Positions 40,701 through 53,604 of a stretch of DNA of 64,000 bases are shown here, piece by piece. Each line of letters begins with the position of its first letter. Position 1 is the first letter of the stretch. Under the pieces are notes generated by a model, which was given only the letters and a program-made list of their open reading frames with translations, ran no database searches and had not been told where the DNA came from. The stretch is from the human T2T-CHM13v2.0 reference genome, Homo sapiens, in assembly GCF_009914755.1 (NCBI RefSeq), contig NC_060929.1; one strand, given 5' to 3'. A program made the translations under genes and the position numbers.

Positions 40701-42424
40701 TTCCTTTTGCTCATTGCAAAATCTGACTTAACACTCTTTTATCTGGCAGTGCTTAAAGTGAGTTTGACCTGAGGTCCACAATTGCTAATTGTTGAAAGAG
40801 AACTAGAAACACTTGCTTAATTCCGAGGGTCAACATCAAAAACAAACCTGACCAAAGTTGCAGAGGAGGTATTTTACAACTAACAACAACCTTAACCTGA
40901 CTTCGTTTATCAAATGTCCTCAGAATTATGATACACCCAGATCTTTGGCATTGTATTTTTTTGTCCACCGAACAAAACCGGGAAGCTACCAAAAGTCATG
41001 CATGGAATTCATGTGTACCACTAGCAGTGTGTGAGATCAGCAGAATGTTTCTGAAAGCTAAGAGCTGTATTCAAAGAACTGATCACAATTGCATTTGAAA
41101 TAAGTTATCTGCCACTATTTCTTTTGGCCATAATGTGGCAAATGTTATATAGACAAGAAAATATTTAGTAAAAGTTGGAAGTATTTGCAAAATATTTGTG
41201 CAGAAGTTTGCATCTTTAATTGTATGACCTCATTGTAGTTGCACAGGGAGACTCCAGCTACATCTTATCTTTTCAAAATACTCCTGAGCAATGGCTTTCC
41301 TACAACCTCTTTGGAATGTAGCATTATCAGCTTCTATTTCCCCAATTTCCTATAATTCAATAAAAAGTCAGCAATAACATGTCCAAGGGCATGTTATCTC
41401 AAATGTGGATTTTAATGAAACACAAATATGCCCATGCATGTTTTAGCAAATTGTTCTGGACCATGCAAAAATGCATTAAAAGTGGAGGCATATTTACATT
41501 TGTTTTGCATTTGTTATTTAAGAGGTCAGACTATGCAAAGTGCATCCACTTTTGTCAATAGCTTCAAGGAGAAGAAAATTTTATTAAAGTTAGATTCATG
41601 ACAAACAGATGAGTTAATATCTGTCATTTGGGGGAAAAGGTTTTGAGAGGCTACATTTTTAAAATAATAGGCATTTATTACTTTTCCAAAACTGAGAATA
41701 CTTAACAAATGTGCCTGTCTATTTTAAACCAGGTATACTGGTCTGCAGGTAAATTTCCAATTAAAAAGCCAACTTAATTATAAGCAGTTTACAGCACAAA
41801 GGGAGATTGTTATATAGTCTGGAATTGGCCCTGGAAATTTTAATATAAAAAATAAAATTAGTAGTAGAAGAATAAAAGACATTTAGTGATTTCCAAAAAC
41901 TTTTAGAGACAATTCTTGCTCAAGATTTACAAATAAAGAATACAATAGAAAAATTTGTATTCTAAGATGATAGAAAACAATATATTCTAACGTTGCTTAA
42001 GAGATATAATCTTACGTACTTGCTGGATTTGTTTGTGGTTGCCTTTGCCAAAGGAAACTTTTTTCAAAATTAAAGAATTTTTTTTTTCCTAAACCAGCCT
42101 CTGCATTTGCCCCTGAATGCTGGGGAAAAAAGGGTGTGCAGGAGGGGTGGGCACAATAAAAACTGTGTGTGTGTGTGGTGCATTTTCTATACACTCCCGG
42201 CTATGTAGGACGGACAGACCCATTTCTACAGTGTTACCTGGATTCTCTATGTAGCTACAGACCTACTACATTGGGGATTACACAACTCTATGCCTCTAAT
42301 ATTATGTTGGGCTTTGTTGGACACAGCACACCAAGGCCAGGGTGGACCTGGTGGTGTGCACATATGCTGTCCGTGAAGTCTGAAGTCTAACATACTTAGA
42401 ACATTCCTTCTTCCAGAATCACAT

Positions 42425-42712
42425 GGATTCATGACCTCTCCTAATTCATCTCTATTTAAATTTCACTTCATCACAAAAGACTTGGTCCGATTATCACACC
42501 CCACATCACCAGCATTCTCCTCATCCCTTTCCACTGCTCTGTTCTCCTTATTTGGTTAGTACTTACTACTATCCAACATATTTTCTGTCCCTCTTCCTAG
42601 AATATAAAGTTCCATTAGAACATAAACTATTTTTCTTCGCTGCTATATACCCAGTAACTAGATGGTGCTTGGCACATGGTGGGTGCTCACAAATTTTTAT
42701 GGAATGAATGTA
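42425..42712 (+). mobile_element. L2 3' end
   Basis: 'ctagaatataaagttccat...gtgcttggcacatggtgggtgctcacaaattttt...gaatgaatg'. Confidence 0.75.
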
Positions 42713-43381
42713 TAATTAAATGTTTAAAATAAAAATACAACTGCTGATCAATGACACTGCAGAAAGGTCCACCAGAGAATGCAACCTGAAGATTGGCAGG
42801 GAAGTAATTCATGAAATGGCTATTGTTCTGAACACTTAGAAAGTATTAAGATTTCTTCTACCTGCTTCTGACAGACTCAGAGTATAAAAAGTTTCAAAAG
42901 ACTGTGCTGTGGTGTGGAGAAATTCCAAATGGAAAAATTGAACATATTCTGTCATCAGCTCCTTTCAGACAGATGCTCTCAAGGTGATCGATTTGGCAGT
43001 CCTGGGGAGGGATGATATTACGTTTCACATATACATCACTGGATTAATCCTCATTGTGGTATTAAATCTAATTAACATAAATCTGTGCAGTGACTTATGT
43101 TTTAAATGATGGGGTAATTATTTAAATACTTTCTACTATGAAGGGAGTTGCGGGCTTGGGTTGGAGAGACATAGCCAAACCAGAAATAGGCAACAAAAGA
43201 CTTTCCAGAAGAAAAATGTGACATAGTCCAATAATATGAGTGTTACTTAAGAACACCTAATACGCTAAATACTGATCTGACAAAGAAGATAAATTGAGAA
43301 ATGATGATTCATATTCCCAAAGATTTTTTTCATGTTAATATAAGCATATTTAATGGAGAAATCCATAACAGATTTTAAAGC

Positions 43382-44647
43382 TTTCATTTTCTAAAAGAGT
43401 ACGACTCAAATTTTTATAAACATATGTATGATATCAATAGAGGTAAATCCATCTCATTTGAGTGAGTGCAGCTCCAGCTTTGTGTAGATCTTGAGCATCC
43501 TTGGTGAGGGTATGAGAATGAAGAACACTCCGGAGACCAGAAGCAACTTATGACTCACCAAAGCTCTGACTGCCACTCAGTAGCGTTCTAAGCCCTCCAT
43601 TCATTCCCATTCCACTTCAGTGCCAAGCATCTGAGATGGGAAAGTCATCTTCAGCCCACCAACAAGCCCTGAGCGGCTGGGCGTCCATCTCCCCATCTGT
43701 ACCAGTGGCACACATCACTGTTCCATTCATCATGTCTATGAACTTGATCTGATTTTTGTCATGACTGTCACTATAAAAGTCACTCTGCATGAGTGTCAGA
43801 AGGAAATTTAGAGGTCTGTTGCTGAGGTAATATATTTTCAGATCAAAATGTGGGTTATTGAAATCATTATATGTATATTCACATGACTACATATTATCAT
43901 GTTAGGAGATGGGACTGATCATGGAGACATAGTATCTCTCTGCATCCCATGAGACATATCTTTCTTACACAATTCCCACTGCTAGGAAGATCACTGAACT
44001 TTCCAGAAAGACGTTCACCAAATACGCTCTTAGTGGGACCCAACTACACATCGTCTGTGGCAGAGACCTACAGTTCTCATGAGTATCTGAGCAGCTCTTT
44101 TTCCTGGAAACACAGCTGAACACTTCCCAGGATCCCTTGGATTATGTGTGTCTCTGTGACAAAGTCCAGCCAATGGAACATGCCTAGAATCAATGTGGGC
44201 TACTCCGGGGCTGGGCCCATAAACACTACCCAGTTACTATCGTCATCCTCTTCCTCTTCACTGGCTGAGTAGAGAGGATTCCAAGGAGCTATAGGGAGGG
44301 GGAGCCACAAGACGGAAGGATGTGGCTTCCTGAATAATGGGATGGAGATTTACCATGGCTGCCTGCCCCCACCACACACACAATGGACAGAAATAAGAGA
44401 GAAAAGTAAGCTTTTATTGTATTAATCCATTCAAATTCAGGGCTTGTTTGTTTTATGATTAACATACCCTGACAAATAAAATGAACTTTAATGGTTTTTC
44501 AGAATCTGTTGCATTTCATTTTCTAAAAGATTACAATGCAAATTTTTATAAACATATGTATGGTATCAACAGAGGTAATCCTTATCTCATTTGAGTGAGT
44601 GCAAATGAGATATGCATTTTTCTTCTGTTGCATTTACTTTTCTAAAA
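43382..44647. repeat. Dispersed ~90-bp direct repeat (43382..43470 and 44514..44603)
   Basis: Aligned by eye at high identity. Confidence 0.9.
44056..44478 (+). mobile_element. MLT1J-like LTR
   Basis: 'tgtggcagaga', 'acttcccag', 'agccaatggaa', 'ggagccacaagacggaagga', 'accctgacaaata'. Confidence 0.7.
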
Positions 44648-44651
44648 AATA

Positions 44652-45480
44652 TTATTTTAATTGTGGTAAAATACACATATCATAAAAATTGCCATTTTAA
44701 TCACATTAAGTGAACAATTCAGTGGCATTGGGTACATTCACATTTTAGTGTGTGTTACCATCAGCCACCTCCAGGATGTTTTTCACTTTGGAATCTGAAG
44801 CTCTATACCCATCAAACAATAACTCACCATTTCCTACTCCCCACCCCAACTGCTAGCATCCACCTTTCTGCTTCCTGTCTCTATGATTTGACTACTCTAT
44901 ATACGTTTTCCGAGTGGAATTATATAGTATTTTGCCTTCTGTGACTAGCTTATTTCACTTGGCATGTTGTCCTTCAGAATCACCCAAGTTGTAACATACG
45001 TCAGAATGTCCTTCCTTTTTATCACCCACGTTGTAACATACGTCAGAATGTCCTTCCTTTTTATCACCCACGTTGTAGCATACGTCAGAATTCCCTTCCT
45101 TTTTATCACCAATGTTGTAGCATATGTCAGAATTTCCTTCCTTTTTAAGGCTCAATAATGTTCCATTTTATGTATAGACCACATTTTGCTTATCCATTCA
45201 TTTGTTGATGGATGCTTGGTTTACTTCTACCTTTTGGTTGTTGTGAATAAAGCTGCTATAAACATGGGTGTACAAATAACTGTTTGTGACCCTATTGTCA
45301 GGCTTTTTGAGTGCAAATCCAGAAGTAGGATTGCTGGATTATGTGGTAATTCCATTTTTAATTTTTTGAGGAATCATCACTATACGGTTTTTCACAGCAG
45401 CGACACCATTTTACATTCCCATCCATAGTGCACAGCCATTCCAATGTCTCTATATACTTGCTCACTCTTACTTTCTGTTT
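44652..45480 (-). mobile_element. L1MB-like 3' end
   Basis: 'taattgtggtaaaatacacata', 'ttgtgaataaagctgctataaacatggg', 'accattttacattccc'. Confidence 0.88.
44979..45146. repeat. 42-bp x4 tandem repeat within L1
   Basis: Units start at 44979, 45021, 45063 and 45105; seen as 14-aa repeats in the ORF track. Confidence 0.96.
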
Positions 45481-46199
45481 GGATTTCCTAGGATCTTAAC
45501 CTCCAGAAAACATAAACAAAAGAAGTGCATGATACTGTATCACTTACTGTCATAGATTTTAATGAATATATCTGAAAATTCGTTTCAAACTAAGAGCTAT
45601 TCCCAAATATTCAACATCTACTGTTCTTTGCTTGATAGGAGCCACAACCACTCTCTCCTAAAACCAAGCTTTTTGGTTACAAGTGATTTCTGTGTCTGCA
45701 GGTAAGGTTACAGCTGGCTTTGTGGTTAGTAAATAATCTCTTGGTAACAGACTTGCTTCATCTGTAGGTGACTGTATGAAGTCAGGCCGAGGGCTGAGTC
45801 AGACAGCTCAGCTGAGCTGCTCTGGTGGCGTGCCATGAGAGTGTCACAGCCATATCTGGAGCAGATTAACAAGAAATGTAAATTCCCTTCCAAAAATAGA
45901 TTCCAAGAAGTAGAGAACTTTTAAAATTACTTTCTATAGGAATTTCCATGATGCCTGAAGCTCTAATTAAAAAGACTTATAAACTCTAGCTAGGTAAAGA
46001 ATTTTTGAAAAACTCTTCCTGCATTCTCTATGTAAGAATAATACCTAGTGCTTTTTTAAAATAATAATAATAAGAAGAAGAATAAGAATATTTTGTGCTG
46101 TTATTTTCTTGGGCAAAAATTTTTAGAAGGCTGGAACAATCTTGTAATTTTATTCTCTAGCCTTCCACCATTCCTTTACTTATAAAAAATAGCATTTTA

Positions 46200-49000
46200 A
46201 TTAAAATAATCCTGAATTCCATGCAAGATTAAACACATGAGAATAGTCAGCAATCTTTTGGAACAAAAAAAAAGAATAAAGAGTGACTTTCACTGTCAGA
46301 CACCTAAGTGTATTATGAAGCAACAATGATGAAAACTAAGTGATAATCAGCCCATGGGAATAAGTGCATAGTCCAGAAAGGAAAAAATGTCCATAAAATC
46401 ATTTTGGTATTTAAAGCAATGGAGCAATTATGACCTATTTGATGAAGACAGTATTATATGAACAAGTGGTTAAGCCACTAGAGAAAGATAAAGTTAGGTT
46501 CCCATTGTCTCAGAATTTACATGGAAATTAATTAAAATATGAAACAAGTCTTAGTAAAGATACAGAACAATAAAAACTTCCATTCCTTACTGGTGAGACT
46601 GAAAATAATACAGCTATTCTGGAAAACAGTATGCCAACTTATTACGAAGTTAAACATACATTGTGTCTGTGGTCCAGCAATTCTACTCCTGTTATTTGTC
46701 CAAGAAATATGAAAGCATGTTCCCACAAAAAGACTGTTATAAAAATGCTCACAGTAGCTTTATTTATAATAGCCCAAAATATGTAACAACATGGGTGAAA
46801 CAAAAAAACACTGCATTAGGAAGAAGGCCAGACACAACAAAGAATGCACTATATGACTACATTCATAGGAAGTTTTAGAATAGGCCAAGTTAACCTATGG
46901 TGATAGAAATCAGAAGAGGAATGTCCTGAGGCCTGCAGGGTTTATGGGAAGAATGAACTAGAACAGGACATGAGGGCCCTTTCTCAGGGAAGAGAAATGT
47001 TCTACATTTTGATTGTAATCATGGTTACATGAGGCATGTATTTTCCAAAACTTGTCAGTACAAACTTTATAAGTCTCTTATGTATCTCAATAAAAATTAA
47101 TTGGGAAAGGTTTAACATTTAAAGGAAAAGACTGACAAATATAACTACTTCAAAATTTAAATTTCTGTAGGATCAAAAAGACTATAAATAAAAGATGAGT
47201 AATAATGAGAAAAAAATCATTGACTATGAGACTTAGTTTAGTTTAATTAAATTTAATTAATTTAGAGAGAAATCTCAAAATTGAAAAAACATGAAAAACT
47301 GATGAACATCTGAAAGGAAAAATGAACAAAAGTTATAAATAGGCAATTTGTGAAAGAAATATATAAGCCCCAAACAAAATTTAAACAAAATTTTAAATGT
47401 GTGATGGGCCAAGGGCTAATATATCTCTAATGTAAAAGGGTTTATAGAAATAGGTAGAAAATACTGTATATTTGGATTTTTAAAAAGCAGGCAAAATATA
47501 GGAATAAACAATTCACAAGAAAAAACACACACTCAATAAGTGTCTTAAAGTGTCTAGACTCTCTAGAAATCAAGGAAATACAAATTAAAACAACTACATA
47601 CCATGTCTGACCCTGCTTCTGCTTTTTCCTGCCTCTGTGGTTTTCTCTTTTTTTTTTTTTTTAATTTGTTTGTTTTTCCTTTTCAGAACCACTGATTCTC
47701 AACTCAATGCCTGGGAAACTTTTATTAATGTTCAAGTTATCAACTTGGACACCACTTCTCAGGTAGCTTCCCCTGACTCTCAATGCTAATAGGAGCCCTG
47801 CTTTGCAATGCTATACCACTCAGTACGTCCCCTAGCAGAGCACTTATCACACTGCACTTACTATCCAGTTTTCCTACAATCCCCACAAAATCAGTTCTGT
47901 AAGGGCAATGCTACAGTCCAAGTGCCTACCAAGCACAGTACCTGGCACATATAGGTGCTTAATAAATATTCCTTGAATGTTTTATTGAGTAATATAGCAT
48001 TTTCAAATTGGGAAAAGCTAAAGAAAATTATCGAGTATCAGCAAGATTTAAGTTGTGGCACTTTCACTCACTACTGGTAGAAGCATAAACAGTTATAATG
48101 TTTTCTGAAGATGTAGTAGATGGAGTTCTCCAGAGCAACTGAACCAATCGCATATGTAGAGAGAAATAATTTACCAAAAAGAATTGGCACACATGATTAC
48201 GTCCAAGATCTGCAGCTGGCCAGCTGGAGACCAGGGCAGCCGATGGGATAAGTTCTACTCTGAGTCTGAGTCTAACTCCTAAAGCAGGAGAAGATCAATG
48301 TCCTTCCTCAAAGACAAGCAGGGAAAAATAATTCTTTCTTGCTCAGCCTTTGATACTATTAAGGGCTTCAGAAAATTGCATGAGGCCCAGCCACGTTGGA
48401 GAGGGCAATCTGATTGACTCCAACCTGTGATTCTAATGTTAATCTCATCCAGAAACTCCCTCACAGACACATCCAGAAATAATGTGTAACCAAATATCCG
48501 GGCACCCTGTGGCCCAGTCAAGTTGACATATAAAATCAACCACTGCAGAAGGTAATTTGCCAACATTTAATAGAACTCATAAAAATGCTTAACTTTTTTG
48601 ACCTGGCAGTTCAGTCTTGAACAATGTTTTCTAAGAAAATTATCAGAAATATGTCTCTGAATACCTGTTAATGGCATCTCTTTGTTCATTGGTTGTAAGA
48701 TAAAACAACCTTAAGAGTGATTGAATAAATTATAAATTACAATAAAATATAATTCAAAACTTAACGATGATATATAATATAGACTTGCAATTATTGATAT
48801 AAAAACATATTCACAATATGTTAAATTTAAAAGTCTATCAATAAAGACAATTGTAATATGATCTAATTTTAATTTTAAATATACAATATATACAATACAA
48901 AATATACAATAAAACTTCCAGAAACTTAAAATGTAGTGTGTCTTCTTTGGGTCTGAAATTATGCATGAGTTTTTTTAATTTTTCTTTTCATTTTATGATC
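46200..49000 (+). mobile_element. Patchwork of old L1M (MC/ME) 3' fragments with an L2 piece at about 47690..47985
   Basis: 'ccagcaattctactcc', 'gctttatttataatagcccaaaa', 'aatcaaggaaatacaaattaaaacaac'; L2 tail 'cctggcacatataggtgcttaataaatatt'. Confidence 0.65.
48112..48547 (-). mobile_element. MLT2 (ERVL) LTR
   Basis: 'gttctccagagcaactgaaccaat' and 'ggcccagtcaagttgacatataaaatcaacca'. Confidence 0.85.
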
Positions 49001-49324
49001 CTGATATTTCCTAGTTTTAATTTCAATTTAATTAATTCAATTAATCATGTAATTTCAAACAACCAAAAAACTAACCATGTGCTTTGAAAGCTTGACTTAC
49101 ATAGGCTACATCTCAAAAGTCTGTTCCACTCAGGATTAAAATTAAAGCAATTAGCTTAGTTAGATCCTTTTCCCTTAAGCGTTTCATTTGCTGTCTACTA
49201 AAAATACCGAGCTCTGATTGCTTTGCTCACCAGCCTAAACTATTCCTCCTGATAGAGCCTCAGCAGGACAAGAGACAAGATGATGTTTAGGTAGAGGATT
49301 GAAAGTGATCTGAAAAACTGACAG

Positions 49325-49705
49325 GTGTGGTGTGGTATATCCATACAATGAAATATTCAGCCTCAAAAAGGAGAAAATTTTTGACCCATGCTACAACATG
49401 GAGGACATTAAGCTGAGTGAAACAACCCAGACTCATGAAGACAGACGCTGTATTATTTCAGGAACATGAAGTTCCTAGAGTAGTTAAATTCTTAGAGAAA
49501 GTAGAATGGTGGTCAGCAGGGGCTGGCGGGGAGTGGGGAATGGGGAGTTACTTAATGAGTGCAGGGTTTCTGTTTTGCAAAATAAAAAGAGTTCTGGAGA
49601 TCTGTCACACAACAATGTGAATGCACTTAGTGTTACTGAACTGTACACTGAAAAAAGATTAAAATGGTAAATTTTATGTTATGTATATTTTACTGTAACT
49701 TAAAC
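49325..49705 (+). mobile_element. L1MB 3' end
   Basis: 'tgtggtatatccatacaatg...catgctacaacatgg...actgaactgtacact...aaatggtaaattttatgttatgtatatttt'. Confidence 0.85.
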
Positions 49706-49929
49706 AACAAAGCTGACATATCTGACTGGGGGAAAAATCAGAGTCACACAGACTTGACTTGTTGAAGGATTTAGAACTGATGAGGGCTGACACAGTGGCT
49801 CAGTCTTCCTGCCAAATCCAGGGCTCCTCCCCTTCATCCCGCCACCTTTCAGAAGCTGAGCTCTAGGCACATCAGAGCAATTAAGACAGATACTTCTATA
49901 TTCTCAATCTATCACCCCTGGAATGAAAG

Positions 49930-50350
49930 CAATAATAGTAGCTAACACATACAGGGTGCTGACTATTTGCCAGGTAGTATTCAGAAAACACTTTACATGC
50001 ATTGACCAGATAATTCTCACAACTCTGTGAGGGAAGAATTATTATGAAATCTCATTTTACAGATGAGGAGCCTGTGTCTCAGAGAGGTTAAGTAATTTTC
50101 CCAAGGGCACGCAGCCTGCAGTGGGATAGCTACAATGCAAACGCACGCATTATAGCCCTAGAATCCATGTATATAACTGTTGTAACCATGATTCTTATAC
50201 TTTAAGGAATCACCTGAAAGATTTCTCAAAGCTGTTTCCTGGACTCCATCCCAAGAGAGTAGTTGGTGTTAGGGCCCGTGAATGTGCCTCTTTGACAAGC
50301 TCACCGGTGCTGCCAGTGCTGCTCGGCTGAGAGCTGCACGCTGAGTGGAA
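49930..50350. mobile_element. MIR followed by a MER5A-like element
   Basis: 'cattttacagatgaggagcctgtgtctcagagaggttaagtaa' then 'gaatcacctg...tttgacaagctcaccggtg'. Confidence 0.7.
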
Positions 50351-51210
50351 CAAGGATTGCAGCACACTGTAAGTGTTGCAATAAAGCACCCCAGTTATGT
50401 TCTGGAATTAAATCTAGTAAATAATCAATAATGGATGAGTTACCCGTGGATCAAATTAATTTACCCCAAATGACTTGCTATTGATATGCTCGTATTTGGT
50501 AGCAATGTGAGTTGATAATCCAATTTAAAAGCTGTTACTTATTCAACTCTATTGCAGCAAGTATGAGGCAATGTGTTCTCACGACAAGACGGCTGGGAAT
50601 CTAGAGAAATGCAAAACCAAGGAATATCATTTAGTGTAAAACCACCATAACAGCACAACACGGTCTTTTAATCACTACAGCATCATTTTCAGATGTTACA
50701 GAAGTTACAGTATGACTATAGCATTCCACAAAATCCTCACACTCCCCTTGCTCTCAGTCTATACTCTGCCTTTCCAGAAGAGGTTGCCTTGGATACAAGT
50801 ATTGTCATGCCTGTAAATTTTATCCCCTGTGGCAAGTTAGCAAATTGGCATCCAGGTTTAATAAATCTGTCTGTTATTAATGAATAAATCTAGTCTTTCT
50901 AGCAAGACTCATACCCACAATGCTTGATAACCTCTGAGAAAATGGGTAAAACCAGTTGGTGGACTCTCAAAGTGGACAATTGCACCCTACACCCGTGTGA
51001 CCCAGGGGAGCACAGGGACCCCATGAACTACTCCCCCATGGGAATGAGTAGTATCCCTCTCCCTTGAGACTCTGGGACTGCAGTTAGTGAGGTTGGGTTC
51101 TGAAAAGATGCTTTCACATCCCCAATTATGACTACCACTCTAGACTTAGACCAGCTGCCCTAGGGAGAAGAATGACAGCCCCACATTTAATAATAGATCT
51201 CAGGTTTCAC

Positions 51211-51371
51211 CTTCCTCACTAGGAACAATCCGCTCAGCTTAGAAGCTCTGGAGCTGTTTTCCCACACCGCAAGGTCTTCTATCGGTTTGAGAGCCCCTGG
51301 AGATGGCCCACGCTGGTGGCAACGAGGCATAGAGAGTCACACGAGATCACTTAGCTCCCCAGTCAGGTCTA
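51211..51371 (-). ncRNA. Candidate internal 161-nt exon (upstream lncRNA or TAS2R1 alternative 5' exon)
   Basis: Minus strand: branch CTAAC, tract tttccctcccctgtttctc, CAG|TAG acceptor, AAG|GTGAAA donor; unique non-repeat sequence. Confidence 0.65.
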
Positions 51372-51812
51372 CTGCAGTATGAGAAACAGGGGAGGGAAAT
51401 GTTAGCTATTTAAAGATACTAGAAAGAAAAACACATGGCGTGAACATTTTTATTAGGTCATAAGGGGTCAGGCCTAATAGAAGATTATCACTTTATTACT
51501 GGATTCCATTTTATATTACCCTGCCTGAACAAGACTCTCACGATAGCACCAACAGATTTGGCTTTAATGACTTCTCCCTCATAATTTCTAATCACCTACA
51601 CTTAAGGACCATTCCCCACCACAGGAAAGTGATGGTGGGGAAATACTTCACTGCAGTGAAGACCCTTAAACTCCCAAGATTCAGACTCACCTCCCTGAGC
51701 CCCGAGCTCACCAGTGAGTCCCTCAAGACTGGGTAATGAATAACACCAAGCATTCATCTATGAAGGAGTTCCTAAATAGGATGAAGTAGTTAAAAATATT
51801 TTTTAAGAATAA

Positions 51813-52162
<350 letters not shown>

Positions 52163-52377
52163 TGAAATATTTCTAAACAGATAAAAAATAGGGTCAAATA
52201 TGAACTCATTCTTCCTTATATAGAACATGTCCTACTAGTCACTAAGGTGCCCAGGTTTCTTAATTGGTTTGTTCTTTGAGCTAATACCTAAAAGATGACT
52301 AACATGGGAAATGAAACCCAATGGCCGCAACGTCCTTAAAACCCATGCATCCAAACATCCTGTGCCTCTGGGTAGTC

Positions 52378-52946
52378 TATGGCAGGCTGAATGACAGTCC
52401 CCCTTGGATATCCCTGTCTTAATCCCTAGGACTTGTGACTATGTCACCATACATGGCAAAAGGGACTTTGCAGATATGATTAAGGCTACATATCTTGAGA
52501 TGGGAAAAAAATGACCCTTGATTATCTGAGTGGATCCAGTCTAATTGCATGAGTTCTTAAAATAGGAAGGGGAATCAAGGGAAGTGTATCACAGAGACAG
52601 CAGCATGAGGATTCAGTGCAAATGGCTGGTTCTGTGAGGTAGGAACCACATGCAAGGATCTGAGAAAAGTTATAGGAGCTCAGGGCAGCCTTCACTTGAC
52701 AGCCAGCAAGCAAATAGGGACCTCAGTCCTACACCCGTAGGAACTAAATTTTGCCAACACCTGAATGAACAAGGTGATCTTTTTCTCCTAGAATCTCAAG
52801 AAAGGAACACAGCACTGCCAACATCTTCATTTCAGGTTAGGGAAATCTGTACTGGATTTAAAGAATTAGAAAATAATAATTTTTTGTTGTTTTAACCTAC
52901 TACATTTTTGGTCATTTGTTATGGCAGCAACATAAAACTAATGCAC
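52378..52946 (+). mobile_element. MLT1D/E-like LTR
   Basis: 'acatggcaaaagggactttgcagatatgattaagg' and 'ggtcatttgttatggcagcaacataaaactaat'. Confidence 0.85.
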
Positions 52947-53604
52947 AGTTTTCATCCAAGTTATACTTCTAATTAAAACCTTACCACTTTAACAAATCCT
53001 GTTCTTTCTAGCCACAGCCTCTTAGCATGAACTCCAGTTTCTTTTTGTAAAGTAATCCTCTATAACCTTTTATACTAAACTTTCTATACTAAAAGCATCA
53101 GTAGATTTCCTTGCTGTATTTCAGCCCAAATTAGCTGGGCTTGACTAATCACAGCAGGGTCATTTAGGAGTGACATAATCCTAAACACAATCCTGAAGGT
53201 GAATGCATGCTCTCTCTTCTGACATTAAAGGTGGTTTCAATCACGTCTGGCACCGACTGAAAAAATGTATTCTGGAATGCCTCAGGATGAAGGAAAGAAA
53301 AACATAGATACTGATCTTCCAACATCGCAATCTGGTTCTAATATCAGTTGTCTACAGGAAGAATTCACTGTTAGAGAATGATTTCCTCAAGTCTATTTTT
53401 AAGATCCCTTTAATGTAGCCATCTGCTAAATTATCTTGATACAAATGAGGAGAATTTCAGTGAACATCTGAATTTCCTTGTTTATAAAACGAAAACTAGA
53501 TCACATTCCTTATCTAGCCTGGTGATAAGAACTAATTTGATGTATACATATATCAGTGTGTGTACGTAAATCATATACACAGATTTATACTACATATACA
53601 CACA

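Noticed and set aside
44979-45146. Possible CRISPR-like array
   Set aside because: Head-to-tail repeats with no unique spacers, in eukaryotic L1 sequence, with no cas genes.
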